A stretch of 64,000 nt of DNA from Alphaproteobacteria bacterium (GTDB taxonomy: Bacteria > Pseudomonadota > Alphaproteobacteria > Bin95): contig JACKII010000001.1 in assembly GCA_020638555.1 (NCBI GenBank), positions 1,287,829 to 1,351,828 of the forward strand, written 5' to 3'. Under the pieces are notes generated by a model. The model was not told the DNA's origin. It searched no databases and saw nothing but the letters and a program-made list of their open reading frames with translations. A program made the translations under genes and the position numbers. Positions within the stretch are counted from its first letter, which is position 1, and each line of letters starts with the position of its first letter. Of this stretch, positions 50,269 to 59,341 are shown piece after piece.

Positions 50269-50390
50269 TGTTTTCAAGCGAAAAATTGGCACCGACCATT
50301 CGTCTTTCGCCCTCGCGGCAATCGCCCCGCTGGGCAGGCGGAGCGCGCCATGGCAGAGTGCGGTCGGTTTCCGTTCGATGGAGCAGCCCC

Positions 50391-51431
50391 TTGGCCTCGA
50401 CGTCTGCGACCGCAAAGCCGATCAATCTCGCACTGCAAGGCGGCGGCTCGCACGGGGCCTTCACCTGGGGCGTGCTCGATCGCATTCTGGAAGACGAGCG
50501 TCTGGTGGTGGAGGCGATCGGCGGCACCAGCGCCGGCGCCATGAACGCGGTGGTCGCGGCCAGCGGCCTGATCGAGGACGGGCGCGACGGCGCGCGCCGC
50601 CATCTGGCCGCCTTCTGGACCGCGGTGGCCGAGGCCGGCCGCTCCAGCCCGCTGAAGCGCAGCCCGATCGACGTCTGGATGGGCAACTGGTCGCTCGACA
50701 ACTCGCCGGTCTACATCCTGTTCGACCTGATGAGCCGCCTGACCTCGCCCTATGATTTCAATCCGTTCGACCTGAACCCGTTGCGCGACCTGGTGGAACG
50801 CCAGGTCGATTTCGCCAGGCTGCGCGAGACGCCGGGGGTCGACCTCTATCTTTCGGCCACGAACGTGAAGACCGGCCATGTGCGCGTGTTCCAGCGCGCA
50901 GAGGTGACGGCGGACGTGGTGATGGCGTCCGCCTGTCTGCCGCACCTGTTCCACGCGGTCGAGATCGGCGATCACGCCTATTGGGACGGCGGCTATATGG
51001 GCAATCCCTCGCTGTTCCCGTTCTTCCACCGCAGCGAATCCGCCGACATCGTCATCGTCCAGATCAACCCGATCGTGCGCGAGGAGGTGCCGCGCACCGC
51101 CCGCGAAATCCTCGACCGCCTGAACGAGATCACCTTCAACAGCTCGCTGCTGGGCGAGATGCGGGCCATCGAATTCGTGCATCGCCTGCTGGAGGACGGC
51201 CATCTGGCGGAGGGCCGGTATCGCCAGATCCTGATCCACATGATCGAGTCGCGGAAGACGCTGCGCTCGCTCGGCGCCTCGTCGAAGCTGAACACCGAGA
51301 TGGACTTTCTGCGCTATCTGTTCGAAACCGGGCGCCGGGTCGCCGATCGCTGGCTGGCCGAGCATTTCGACGATATCGGCGTGCGCGGCACCGTCGACCT
51401 GAAAGCCGTCGTCAGCGGCCCCCGATCTTGA
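50391..51431 (+). CDS. patatin-like phospholipase
   Basis: oxyanion hole GGGSHGAF; serine hydrolase motif GTSAGA; DGG catalytic Asp motif (YWDGGYMGN); no ATG nearby, so a TTG start at 50391 is assumed. Confidence 0.7.
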   Translation: MASTSATAKPINLALQGGGSHGAFTWGVLDRILEDERLVVEAIGGTSAGAMNAVVAASGLIEDGRDGARRHLAAFWTAVAEAGRSSPLKRSPIDVWMGNWSLDNSPVYILFDLMSRLTSPYDFNPFDLNPLRDLVERQVDFARLRETPGVDLYLSATNVKTGHVRVFQRAEVTADVVMASACLPHLFHAVEIGDHAYWDGGYMGNPSLFPFFHRSESADIVIVQINPIVREEVPRTAREILDRLNEITFNSSLLGEMRAIEFVHRLLEDGHLAEGRYRQILIHMIESRKTLRSLGASSKLNTEMDFLRYLFETGRRVADRWLAEHFDDIGVRGTVDLKAVVSGPRS

Positions 51432-51515
51432 TATTCGAAGGGCCAGATATGCCGGGTCCGATATCGGGGGCCTGATATCCCGCTTCCGGCCGCCGTTCCC
51501 CGTTAGGAGTTCTTA

Positions 51516-52160
51516 ATGCAAGTCCGCATCGTCGTCGTCACGCCCTTTCAGCAGAATTGCAGCGTGTTCTGGTGCGAGGAGACCATGAAGGCCGCCGTGG
51601 TCGACCCCGGCGGCGACCTCGACCAGATCGAGGCGGCCATCGCCGCAAGCGGCGCCACCGTCGAGCGCGTGCTGCTGACCCACGGCCATGTCGACCACGC
51701 CGCCGCCGCCGGTGCGCTGGCCAAACGCCTGGGCGTGCCCATCGAAGGCCCGCATATCGGCGACAAATTCCTGATCGACGGCCTGCCGGAGCAGGCGGCG
51801 CGCTATGGCTTCGGCGACGCCGAGCCCTTCACCCCCGACCGCTGGCTGGAGCAGGGCGACACCGTCAGCGTCGGCAATCTGCGCCTGGACGTGAAGCACT
51901 GCCCGGGTCATTCGCCCGGCCATGTCATCTACAATATCGAGGCGTTCCGGGTGGCGATCGTCGGCGACGTGCTGTTCCGCGGCTCCATCGGCCGGACGGA
52001 CCTTCCGGGCGGCGACCACGACCAGCTTATCGCTTCGATCCGCACCCAGCTTTGGCCGCTGGGCGATGACATCACCTTCGTTCCCGGCCACGGCCCCGCC
52101 TCCACCTTTGCGATCGAGCGGCAGACCAACCCCTTCGTCGCCGACCAGTTGTTCCGCTAA
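51516..52160 (+). CDS. MBL-fold metallo-hydrolase (glyoxalase II-like)
   Basis: THGHVDH zinc motif; 214 aa. Confidence 0.8.
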   Translation: MQVRIVVVTPFQQNCSVFWCEETMKAAVVDPGGDLDQIEAAIAASGATVERVLLTHGHVDHAAAAGALAKRLGVPIEGPHIGDKFLIDGLPEQAARYGFGDAEPFTPDRWLEQGDTVSVGNLRLDVKHCPGHSPGHVIYNIEAFRVAIVGDVLFRGSIGRTDLPGGDHDQLIASIRTQLWPLGDDITFVPGHGPASTFAIERQTNPFVADQLFR

Positions 52161-52401
52161 GCTGGCCGCCGTCGCGTCGACAACGGAATCCGAGCCATCT
52201 GTCTTGACGTCATTGCGAGTCCGCGGAGCGGGCGAAGCAATCCAAACCGGCGATCCGGCTTGGTTGAGGCGACGGCCTGGATTGCTTCGTCGCCCATGGC
52301 GCCTCGCAATGACGCGCGTTGGATGGCACGACAGTTGCCGCCGTCGCCGATCGCGATAGAGTCTGCAACTGTCACACTCCCGCAGAAAGACACCCGCCCC
52401 G

Positions 52402-53379
52402 ATGATCATCGATTGCCACGGCCACCTGCTGCCGGAAGCCCTGCTGGAAGAACTGGCCGACCGGCGGAGCGACTTCCCCTCGATCCGGGTGGAGCGCCCG
52501 GACGGCAAGTGGCAACTCGGCTTTGCCGGCGGCGCGCTGACCCGGCCGATCATGCCGCGCCTGCGCGAGACCGAGCAGCGCTTCGACTGGATGCAGCGGG
52601 AAGGGCTGGAACACCAGGTCTGCGGCGGCTGGCTCGACGCCTTCGGCTATGAACTGCCGGCGGACGAGGGCGTGCGCTGGTCGCGCCTGACCAACCACCA
52701 TCTGGCCCGCGCGGCCCGCGAGGCCGGCAAGGTCACGGCGCTCTGTACCGTGCCGCTCCAGGATGGCGCGAAGGCCGCCATGGTGCTGGCCGAGGCCATG
52801 GACGAGCACGGCTTTGCCGGCGCCATGATCGGGACCCAGCCCAAGGGCCTGGGCGGCAATCTCGACGACCCGGACCTGGCGCCGTTCTGGCAGGCCGCGC
52901 ACGACCGCAACGCCGTCATCATGGTCCATCCGGTATTCGACGTGACCGACCGGCGGGTGCTGGACTATGACATGGTCAACGCCGTCGCCCGCCTGAACGA
53001 CCTGACCACCGCGGTCGCCCGCCTGCTGTTCAGCGGCCATCTGGTCCAGTACGACGCCATGCGCCTCGTGGTGCTGACCGGCGGGGCGGCGCTGCCCTAT
53101 TGCCTGGGCCGCCTGCTGCGCAACCACGAGAACCACCCGGAATACGCCGACCCGCGCGCCGGCTTCGAGCGGCTCTGGTTCGACAGCCTGGTGTTCGAGC
53201 CGGACGTGCTGGAATTCCTCTGCCGGCGCGTCGGCGCCGGGCGGGTGATGCTGGGCTCGGACTGGCCGTTCCCCATCGGCGACTTCACCCCGGCCAAGGT
53301 GGTCCGCGAGGCCAACTTGTCCGCCGGCGACCGCGACGCCATTCTGGGCGGCACCGCTGCCGAACTGCTGGGATTGTAA
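52402..53379 (+). CDS. amidohydrolase-2 family protein (ACMSD-like decarboxylase/hydratase)
   Basis: MIIDCHGHLLPE start; HPxFD and DWPFP motifs of the amidohydrolase_2 family. Confidence 0.75.
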   Translation: MIIDCHGHLLPEALLEELADRRSDFPSIRVERPDGKWQLGFAGGALTRPIMPRLRETEQRFDWMQREGLEHQVCGGWLDAFGYELPADEGVRWSRLTNHHLARAAREAGKVTALCTVPLQDGAKAAMVLAEAMDEHGFAGAMIGTQPKGLGGNLDDPDLAPFWQAAHDRNAVIMVHPVFDVTDRRVLDYDMVNAVARLNDLTTAVARLLFSGHLVQYDAMRLVVLTGGAALPYCLGRLLRNHENHPEYADPRAGFERLWFDSLVFEPDVLEFLCRRVGAGRVMLGSDWPFPIGDFTPAKVVREANLSAGDRDAILGGTAAELLGL

Positions 53380-53383
53380 CGCC

Positions 53384-54553
53384 ATGGCGCCGATGGACCT
53401 CTCGCCCCGCGAACTGCTGGAAAAGCTGGTGAGCTTCGACACCACCAGCCGCAACTCCAACCTGGCGCTGCTCGATTTCGTCGAGGCGTATCTGGCGAGC
53501 CACGGGCTTTCCGGCTGGCGCGTCTATGACGAGACCGGGCAGAAGGCCAATCTGTTCGTTTCCGCCGGGCCGGACGAGCCGGGCGGCATCGTCCTTTCCG
53601 GCCATGTGGACGTGGTGCCGGTCGACGGCCAGGACTGGACCAGCGACCCGTTCACCCTGACCGAGCGGGACGGCAAGCTCTATGGCCGCGGTTCGTGCGA
53701 CATGAAGGGGTTCGTGGCGCTCTCGCTCTGGGCCGTGCCGCAATTCCTGAAGCGCGGCCTGAAAAAGCCGGTGCATCTGGCCATTTCCTATGACGAGGAG
53801 GTCGGCTGTATCGGCGTGCGCGGCATGCTGCACCGCCTCGCGGCCCAGGATCAGCGCCCCGGCCTCTGCATTGTCGGCGAGCCGACCGAGTTCCAGCCGG
53901 TGGTGGCGCACAAGGGCAAGTGGTCGTTCCGGGTGCGGGTGCGCGGCAAGGAATGCCATTCCTCGCTGGCGCCGACCGGCGTCAACGCGGTGGAATACGC
54001 GGCCGAGGCGGTCACCTGGCTGCACCGCGAGGGCCGGCGTTTCGCCCGGGAAGGCACGCGCGACGAGCTCTACGACCTGGCGCACACCACGGTGCATGTG
54101 GGCACGCTGAACGGCGGCACCGCCCTCAACATCGTGCCGCAGGAGGCGAATTTCGTCTTCGAATACCGCTACATCGCCCAGGACAACCCCGACGACATCC
54201 ACCAGCGCTTCCTCAAATTCATCCGCGAGGAGCTGGAGCCGGAAATGCAGGCGGTGGACCCCGCCGCCGGCTTCACCATCGAGACCATCAGCCAGATCCC
54301 CGGCCTGGAGATCGCGCCGGACCACGAGGTGGTGAACCTGGCCCGGCAACTCTCCGGCCGCAACGACCACGCCAAGGTGGCCTATGGCACCGAGGCGGGC
54401 CTGTTCCAGGAGATCGCGGCGATCCCCACCGTGGTCTGCGGCCCCGGCAACATCGCCCAGGCGCACAAGCCGGACGAGTATCTCGCGCTCGACCAGTTGG
54501 CCAAGGGCAAGGAATTTATGCTAAGATTGGCCGATCGCGTTTGCCGGGAATGA
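53384..54553 (+). CDS. M20 family peptidase, acetylornithine deacetylase (ArgE)-like
   Basis: SGHVDVVPV..W..PF; GRGSCDMKG; EEVG; 389 aa. Confidence 0.8.
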   Translation: MAPMDLSPRELLEKLVSFDTTSRNSNLALLDFVEAYLASHGLSGWRVYDETGQKANLFVSAGPDEPGGIVLSGHVDVVPVDGQDWTSDPFTLTERDGKLYGRGSCDMKGFVALSLWAVPQFLKRGLKKPVHLAISYDEEVGCIGVRGMLHRLAAQDQRPGLCIVGEPTEFQPVVAHKGKWSFRVRVRGKECHSSLAPTGVNAVEYAAEAVTWLHREGRRFAREGTRDELYDLAHTTVHVGTLNGGTALNIVPQEANFVFEYRYIAQDNPDDIHQRFLKFIREELEPEMQAVDPAAGFTIETISQIPGLEIAPDHEVVNLARQLSGRNDHAKVAYGTEAGLFQEIAAIPTVVCGPGNIAQAHKPDEYLALDQLAKGKEFMLRLADRVCRE

Positions 54554-54563
54554 GGCTTGGACG

Positions 54564-55553
54564 GTGGCATTCGACCGTCGCTATCTGCTGCTGCTGATTT
54601 TGCCGCTGACGGTCTATGCCCTGGTCTATGCCGTGCTGGACCCGGCGCGGCCGATGCAGGTGACCTTTCCCGTGATCGACCGGGACGCGTTTCCGACGGT
54701 GGCGGGCGAGGAAGCGCGGCAACGCTATTTCTGGCTGAGCGCCTTCACCCTGCTGACCGCGGTGGCCCTGGGCATTGCGATGGGGGCGGCGCTGTCCGTG
54801 TGGCGGCTCGCGCCGCGGCGGGACCGGGGGCTGGTGTTCCTGCTGATGGCCGTGGTCCTGGGCGCGGTTGCCGCCGTCGAACTCTCCGGCAGCGTCACGT
54901 CCTGGTATGTGTATCTCGGCAAGAACCTGTTCCTGTCGATCTTCCCCTATATCCGGACCGGAGAGCATGCCACCGCCATGCAGGCCTTCCTGACCGGCCA
55001 GGCGGTGATCAAGATCGCCACCGCCGCGGCCCTGGTGCCGCTCGCCGTCGGCCTGGTGCTGACGCTGTCGCGGCCGGCCGAGGGCGCCACCCTGGCCGCC
55101 CGGGCCCGTTCCCTGGCGAGCGCGACGGAGCAGCAAAAGGCGTTTTTGCGGCACGCTGCCCTGCTGTACGTGCTAGCCTTGCTGGCGGTTTGGGCCTGGA
55201 TGTACTGGCCGATCCCTTTCCTGAAAGACCCGCCCGGCTCCACGACGGTCACCGATGCCTATAACGGTCTCGCCACCGGGGCGTTGTTGTTGCAGGGGGT
55301 GGCGTTCAGCATCGGCGTTGCCGCCATCTACCTGCCGCCGGCCCTGCTGCTGCGCCACCGCGCCGCCCTGCTGACCCGGCAGATCGAGGACGATCCGTCC
55401 GACGATGGCGACGAGGACGCCGACGCGGTGCTGGCCTTCCTCTCGGTCCATCCCATCGACTATTTGCGCCAGGCGCTGGCGCTGGTGCTGCCCGCGCTGG
55501 TCAGCCTGCTGCCCTCGCTCCAGAGCATCGCCAGCGCGCTGGCCACCGGCTGA
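54564..55553 (+). CDS. hypothetical polytopic membrane protein
   Basis: 329 aa, about 8 predicted TM helices, acidic C-terminal tail DDPSDDGDEDAD; no family recognised. Confidence 0.45.
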   Translation: MAFDRRYLLLLILPLTVYALVYAVLDPARPMQVTFPVIDRDAFPTVAGEEARQRYFWLSAFTLLTAVALGIAMGAALSVWRLAPRRDRGLVFLLMAVVLGAVAAVELSGSVTSWYVYLGKNLFLSIFPYIRTGEHATAMQAFLTGQAVIKIATAAALVPLAVGLVLTLSRPAEGATLAARARSLASATEQQKAFLRHAALLYVLALLAVWAWMYWPIPFLKDPPGSTTVTDAYNGLATGALLLQGVAFSIGVAAIYLPPALLLRHRAALLTRQIEDDPSDDGDEDADAVLAFLSVHPIDYLRQALALVLPALVSLLPSLQSIASALATG

Positions 55554-55559
55554 GCGAGA

Positions 55560-55734
55560 CGGCGCGGGCGCGCTCACCGCCCTTCGCCCCCATTCCCCGC
55601 CCGAGCTTTCCCGGCCGGAGCCTGCCTTTGGCAGGTGCCGAGCCGGGACCTCCCGCCGAATTCGCTCCTGCGCCGCGCGCCCTCCCGGCCCTCCCTTCCA
55701 CTCCGGCCGGGACAGCGGGGCAGTGGTGCCGGCA
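55560..55734. repeat. REP-like GC-rich hairpin repeat element (agctttcccggcc...gccgggacctc family)
   Basis: shares the agctttcccggcc / gccggga(c/t)ctc / ttcgctcc modules with the larger array at 56730-57290. Confidence 0.5.
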
Positions 55735-56721
55735 TCACGCGGTGATCGCCTGCGCCCGTTCGATGCTTTTCAGCGTCTGGGCCGGATCGAGGCCCGGCCA
55801 GTGCATGCGCAGGATCACATGGTCGCCGCCGGTGGACTCCACCACGCGCGCCACCTGATCCTTCACCTTGGCGCGGTCGCCGACGATGAAATGGCTGTCG
55901 ACGAAGGCGTCGAAATTCGCTTCCAGCGTATCGCCGCCGACATTCTTGTTCCCCCAGCTGGCATAGGCCTTGTATTTGTAGAGCAGGGCCGCGCGGCAGA
56001 TTTCCAGCGCGTCGGCCCCGTCCGGCCCGATGAAGCACTCGCGGCAGACCGGCCGGGTCGCCGGCGCCGGCAGGCCCGCCTCGGTCCGCGCCGCGTCGTA
56101 GTCGCGCTTCAGGCTCGCCAGTTCGTCGAAGGTCTGGCTGAAGCTGGTGATCCAGGCGTCGCCGATCCGCGCCGCCCGCCGCACCGAGGCCGGCACGCTG
56201 CCGCCGACCCAGATCGGGCAGCCCTCCGGCCGCACCGGCCGCATCGACAGGCCGACATCGTCCAGATGGTAGTATTTGCCGTGATGCGTCACCCGCTCCT
56301 CGGTCCAGAGCCGGCGGATCACCTCGATGCTCTCCACCATGCGCCCGACCCGTTCGGAGATGTGGGCGCCATGGATCGCGAATTCCTCCGGCCGGTAGCC
56401 GAGGCCTGCGGTCAGCACATAATTGCCGCCGGACAGCCAGTCGAGCGTCGCTGCCTGCTCGGCCACGAACACCGGGTTCTGCACCGGCAACAGCAGCACC
56501 GCCGGCCCGATGGTGGTGTCCGGCACCTCGGCGGTGAGGCGGGCCATCAGCGTGTGCGTGTCGAACATGCGCACCGGGTTGGTGGCGAAATGGTGCGGCA
56601 GCCAGAGCGACGAGAAACCGGCCCCCTTCGCCGCCCGCGCCTGCGCCAGCAGCCCGTCCAGCGCCCGTTGCGGGTCGCCGTCGTTGGGGAATTGCGGGTT
56701 GAGATAGAGACCGTATTGCAT
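55735..56721 (-). CDS. LLM-class (luciferase-like) flavin/F420-dependent oxidoreductase
   Basis: 328 aa; MQYGLYLNPQF..; LLM fold motifs; near cofD/cofE. Confidence 0.8.
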   Translation of the reverse strand: MQYGLYLNPQFPNDGDPQRALDGLLAQARAAKGAGFSSLWLPHHFATNPVRMFDTHTLMARLTAEVPDTTIGPAVLLLPVQNPVFVAEQAATLDWLSGGNYVLTAGLGYRPEEFAIHGAHISERVGRMVESIEVIRRLWTEERVTHHGKYYHLDDVGLSMRPVRPEGCPIWVGGSVPASVRRAARIGDAWITSFSQTFDELASLKRDYDAARTEAGLPAPATRPVCRECFIGPDGADALEICRAALLYKYKAYASWGNKNVGGDTLEANFDAFVDSHFIVGDRAKVKDQVARVVESTGGDHVILRMHWPGLDPAQTLKSIERAQAITA

Positions 56722-56729
56722 GGCGTGGC

Positions 56730-57290
56730 GTTCCTCGAGGCTGGGCGTTTTGGCCAGAGCCTGCCACACTTCCCGCGCGCCGTCATGGCGAACAACCGAG
56801 CCTCCCACCCGTTTCGCCTTCCCGGCCTCGCGCCGGGGTCTCCCGCCCTTTCCAAGCTTTCCCGGCCCCGCGCCGGGACCTCTCCTCTTCCAAGCTTTCC
56901 CGGCCTTGCGCCGGATCTCCTGCCAGGTTCGCTCCCCCGGCCGGAAGGTCCAAGATCCCGGCTCTCCCCGGATCAAGTCCGGGGGGTCCAGAAAGGGGAG
57001 GGGAAAGCGGGGAGGCCGGGACCCGCAGCCTTTCCGGCTTTCCGGCCTCGCACCCGGACCTCTCGCGCCTTCAAGCTTTCCCGGCCTTGCGCCGGGATCT
57101 CCTACCAGGTTCGCTTCCGCGGCCCGGAAAGATCCCGCTCTTTCCCCGGACCAAGTCCGGGGTCCGGCCAGGAAAGCGGGCGGGGCCGGAAAGCAAGGCA
57201 GCGGGAAAGCGGATCAGCCGGGGAAAGCGGGGAGGGACGGCTCCACTCCGGCCGGGGCGGCTTGGGGGCGGCTGCCGGGTCGACGCCGCC
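56730..57290. repeat. array of REP-like palindromic repeat elements; includes two ~105-bp composite units (about 56890-56995 and 57071-57176)
   Basis: at least five copies of (c/t)caagctttcccggcc(nn)gcgccggga(c/t)ctc hairpins plus repeated gga(t/c)caagtccgggg(g)tcc hairpins; no ORF with coding signal. Confidence 0.65.
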
Positions 57291-57295
57291 CGCCG

Positions 57296-58234
57296 CTAGC
57301 CCTTGTGCTCGGCAATCGCCTCGGCGAGGCGCAAGGCGATCTCCGCGACCCGGTGCCGGTCGGCGGCGGTCTGCATCAGCGTCCCGGTCACGGCGGTGGC
57401 GATCGCCAGCCCGGCGGAGTCCGCCGCATCGGCCTCGTCGATCACCAGGCCGTCGAGCCGGTCGCCATACTGCGCCACCAGCCCGGCATTGGTGACGTCC
57501 AGGCCCAGCTCGGCGAACATCTTCGCCGTCGGCCCTTTCACCGCCTGGCCGCCGATCAGCGGCGAGACCGCCACCACCGGCGCGCCCAGCCCCGTCAGCC
57601 ACGCGGCCATGCCCGGCACCGCCAGGATCGGCCCGATGGAGATGAACGGGTTGGAGGGACACACCACCACCGCCTCCACGTCCCGCAACGCCCGCAGGGC
57701 CGCCGGCACCGCCGCCCGCTCCGCGTCACGGTGGGTGAAGCCGGTCACCACCGGCGCGCAGCGCTCGCGCACGAAATAGTGCTGGAAGGCCAGATCGCCA
57801 TGCCCGGCCGTGTGCACCACGGTCGGCACCGGCGTCTCGCTCATCGGCACGATGCGGGTGGCGATCCCCGCCGCCTCGCAGAGCGCCGCCGTCACCGCGC
57901 TGAGCGGCTCGCCGGCACGCAGCCGCCGCGTGCGCTCCAGGTGCAGCGCCAGGTCGCGGTCGCCCAGGTTGAACCAGGTCTCGGCGCCGATCTCGCCCAG
58001 CGCGGCCATGCAGTTCCAGGTCTCGCCGGCCCGGCCCCAGCCGCGTTCGGTGTCGTTCCAGCCGGCCAGCGCATAGAACACGGAGTCGATGTCGGGCGCG
58101 ATGTGCAGGCCCAGATGCTCGAAATCGTCGCCGGTGTTGGCCACCACCACCAGGTCGCCCGGCGGCAGGATGTCGGCCAGCCCCGCCACCAGCTTGGCGC
58201 CGCCGACGCCGCCGGAGAGTGCCACCACGGTCAT
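57296..58234 (-). CDS. cofD: 2-phospho-L-lactate transferase CofD (F420 biosynthesis)
   Basis: MTVVALSGGVGGAKLVAGL..VVVANTGDDFEHLGLHI N-terminal signature of CofD. Confidence 0.8.
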   Translation of the reverse strand: MTVVALSGGVGGAKLVAGLADILPPGDLVVVANTGDDFEHLGLHIAPDIDSVFYALAGWNDTERGWGRAGETWNCMAALGEIGAETWFNLGDRDLALHLERTRRLRAGEPLSAVTAALCEAAGIATRIVPMSETPVPTVVHTAGHGDLAFQHYFVRERCAPVVTGFTHRDAERAAVPAALRALRDVEAVVVCPSNPFISIGPILAVPGMAAWLTGLGAPVVAVSPLIGGQAVKGPTAKMFAELGLDVTNAGLVAQYGDRLDGLVIDEADAADSAGLAIATAVTGTLMQTAADRHRVAEIALRLAEAIAEHKG

Positions 58235-58364
58235 GCGTTCGCTTCCCTTTCATTCGAGCGTTTGGGCTCGGCCCTCCCCCCGGCTTCACCGCGAGTGGTC
58301 GGGGATGCCGGCGTATCGAGGGGCGAAGCATCGGGGAGGGAAGGCAGAGATGTCGCCAGCCCCC

Positions 58365-59126
58365 TCACCGGAACATGTCGTCCAGGGCGGGCCGCACCAG
58401 GGCCGCCGCCGGCAGCGGCGCGGGCTCTGCGGACAGGCCGCGGATCAGCACCGCCGGCGTGCCTTCCGCGCCTTCGCCCATGGCGACGCAGGCGGCGGCG
58501 GCCAGCTGGTCCGCGTGGCCGACAATGGAGACTTTCAATTCCCGCCCCATCATGTCCGCCTGGCCGCGAATGTCGTTGACCGCGCGGATGCCGGCGCAGC
58601 CGATGGCGATGCCGCAGGTGCCGATGCGCCAGGCCCGGCCGACGCTGTCGGTGATCAGCACCGCCGGCCGGGTGCCCGTCAGCCGCTCCAGCGCGCCGGC
58701 CAGCGCCTCGGCCGAGCGGTCCGGGTCCTCCGGCAGCAGCAGCACCTGGTCACCGGCGCCGTCGATATTGCTCTGGTCGATGCCGGCATTGGCCATGACC
58801 ATGCCGAGCCGCTGTTCCACCACCAGCAGGTTGTCGCGATAGCGCAGCACGTGGTTCGACTCGTCCAGCGTCACCTGTACCAGGCGCGGGTCCTTGCCGG
58901 TGCGCCGCGCCCAGTCCTCGGCGGCCGCACCGGGCGTCACCGCGTCCAGGCGGCGATAGCGCCCCTCGGCCTTGGAGACGACCTTCTGCGCCAGCGCGAC
59001 CACGTCGCCCGGCTGCAGCGCCAGGCGGTTGGCGGCGAGACAGTCGGCGATCTGGCGGGCCAGATCGTCGCCGGGCTGCACGCGCGGAAAGCCGGCGAGG
59101 GTGTGATAGGTCAAGGTCGGGGCCAT
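58365..59126 (-). CDS. cofE: coenzyme F420-0:gamma-glutamyl ligase CofE
   Basis: GDVVALAQKVVSKAEGR and NAGIDQSN motifs; 253 aa; start at the internal Met of the track ORF. Confidence 0.75.
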   Translation of the reverse strand: MAPTLTYHTLAGFPRVQPGDDLARQIADCLAANRLALQPGDVVALAQKVVSKAEGRYRRLDAVTPGAAAEDWARRTGKDPRLVQVTLDESNHVLRYRDNLLVVEQRLGMVMANAGIDQSNIDGAGDQVLLLPEDPDRSAEALAGALERLTGTRPAVLITDSVGRAWRIGTCGIAIGCAGIRAVNDIRGQADMMGRELKVSIVGHADQLAAAACVAMGEGAEGTPAVLIRGLSAEPAPLPAAALVRPALDDMFR

Positions 59127-59341
59127 GGGCTGCTCCTGGTGCGGGTCGGCGCATCGTTCCCTGCCGCAGCCGGTTCGGCAAGAGCGTCGCGGCCGCACCG
59201 GGCCCTTTCCGGCCCGCAAAATGCCCCCGCTACGCAAAACGGCCCGGATACCCGCAAGGTATCCAGGCCGGAGCGTGCGGGAACCGCCCGCGCCTCGAGG
59301 GGAGCCCCGCAAGTGGAGGCCGAGGCGCGGGGGAACTCGCG

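Noticed and set aside
50230-50400. Looked for imuA upstream of imuB
   Set aside because: Only 160 bp of non-coding DNA with the LexA box separate imuB from the divergent patatin gene. No RecA/SulA-like ORF is present in any frame.
48392-50701. 769-aa minus ORF spanning vapB and imuB
   Set aside because: Only its last 77 codons (VapB) make sense. The rest is the imuB region read in a wrong frame (Pro/Ala/Gly/Arg-rich).
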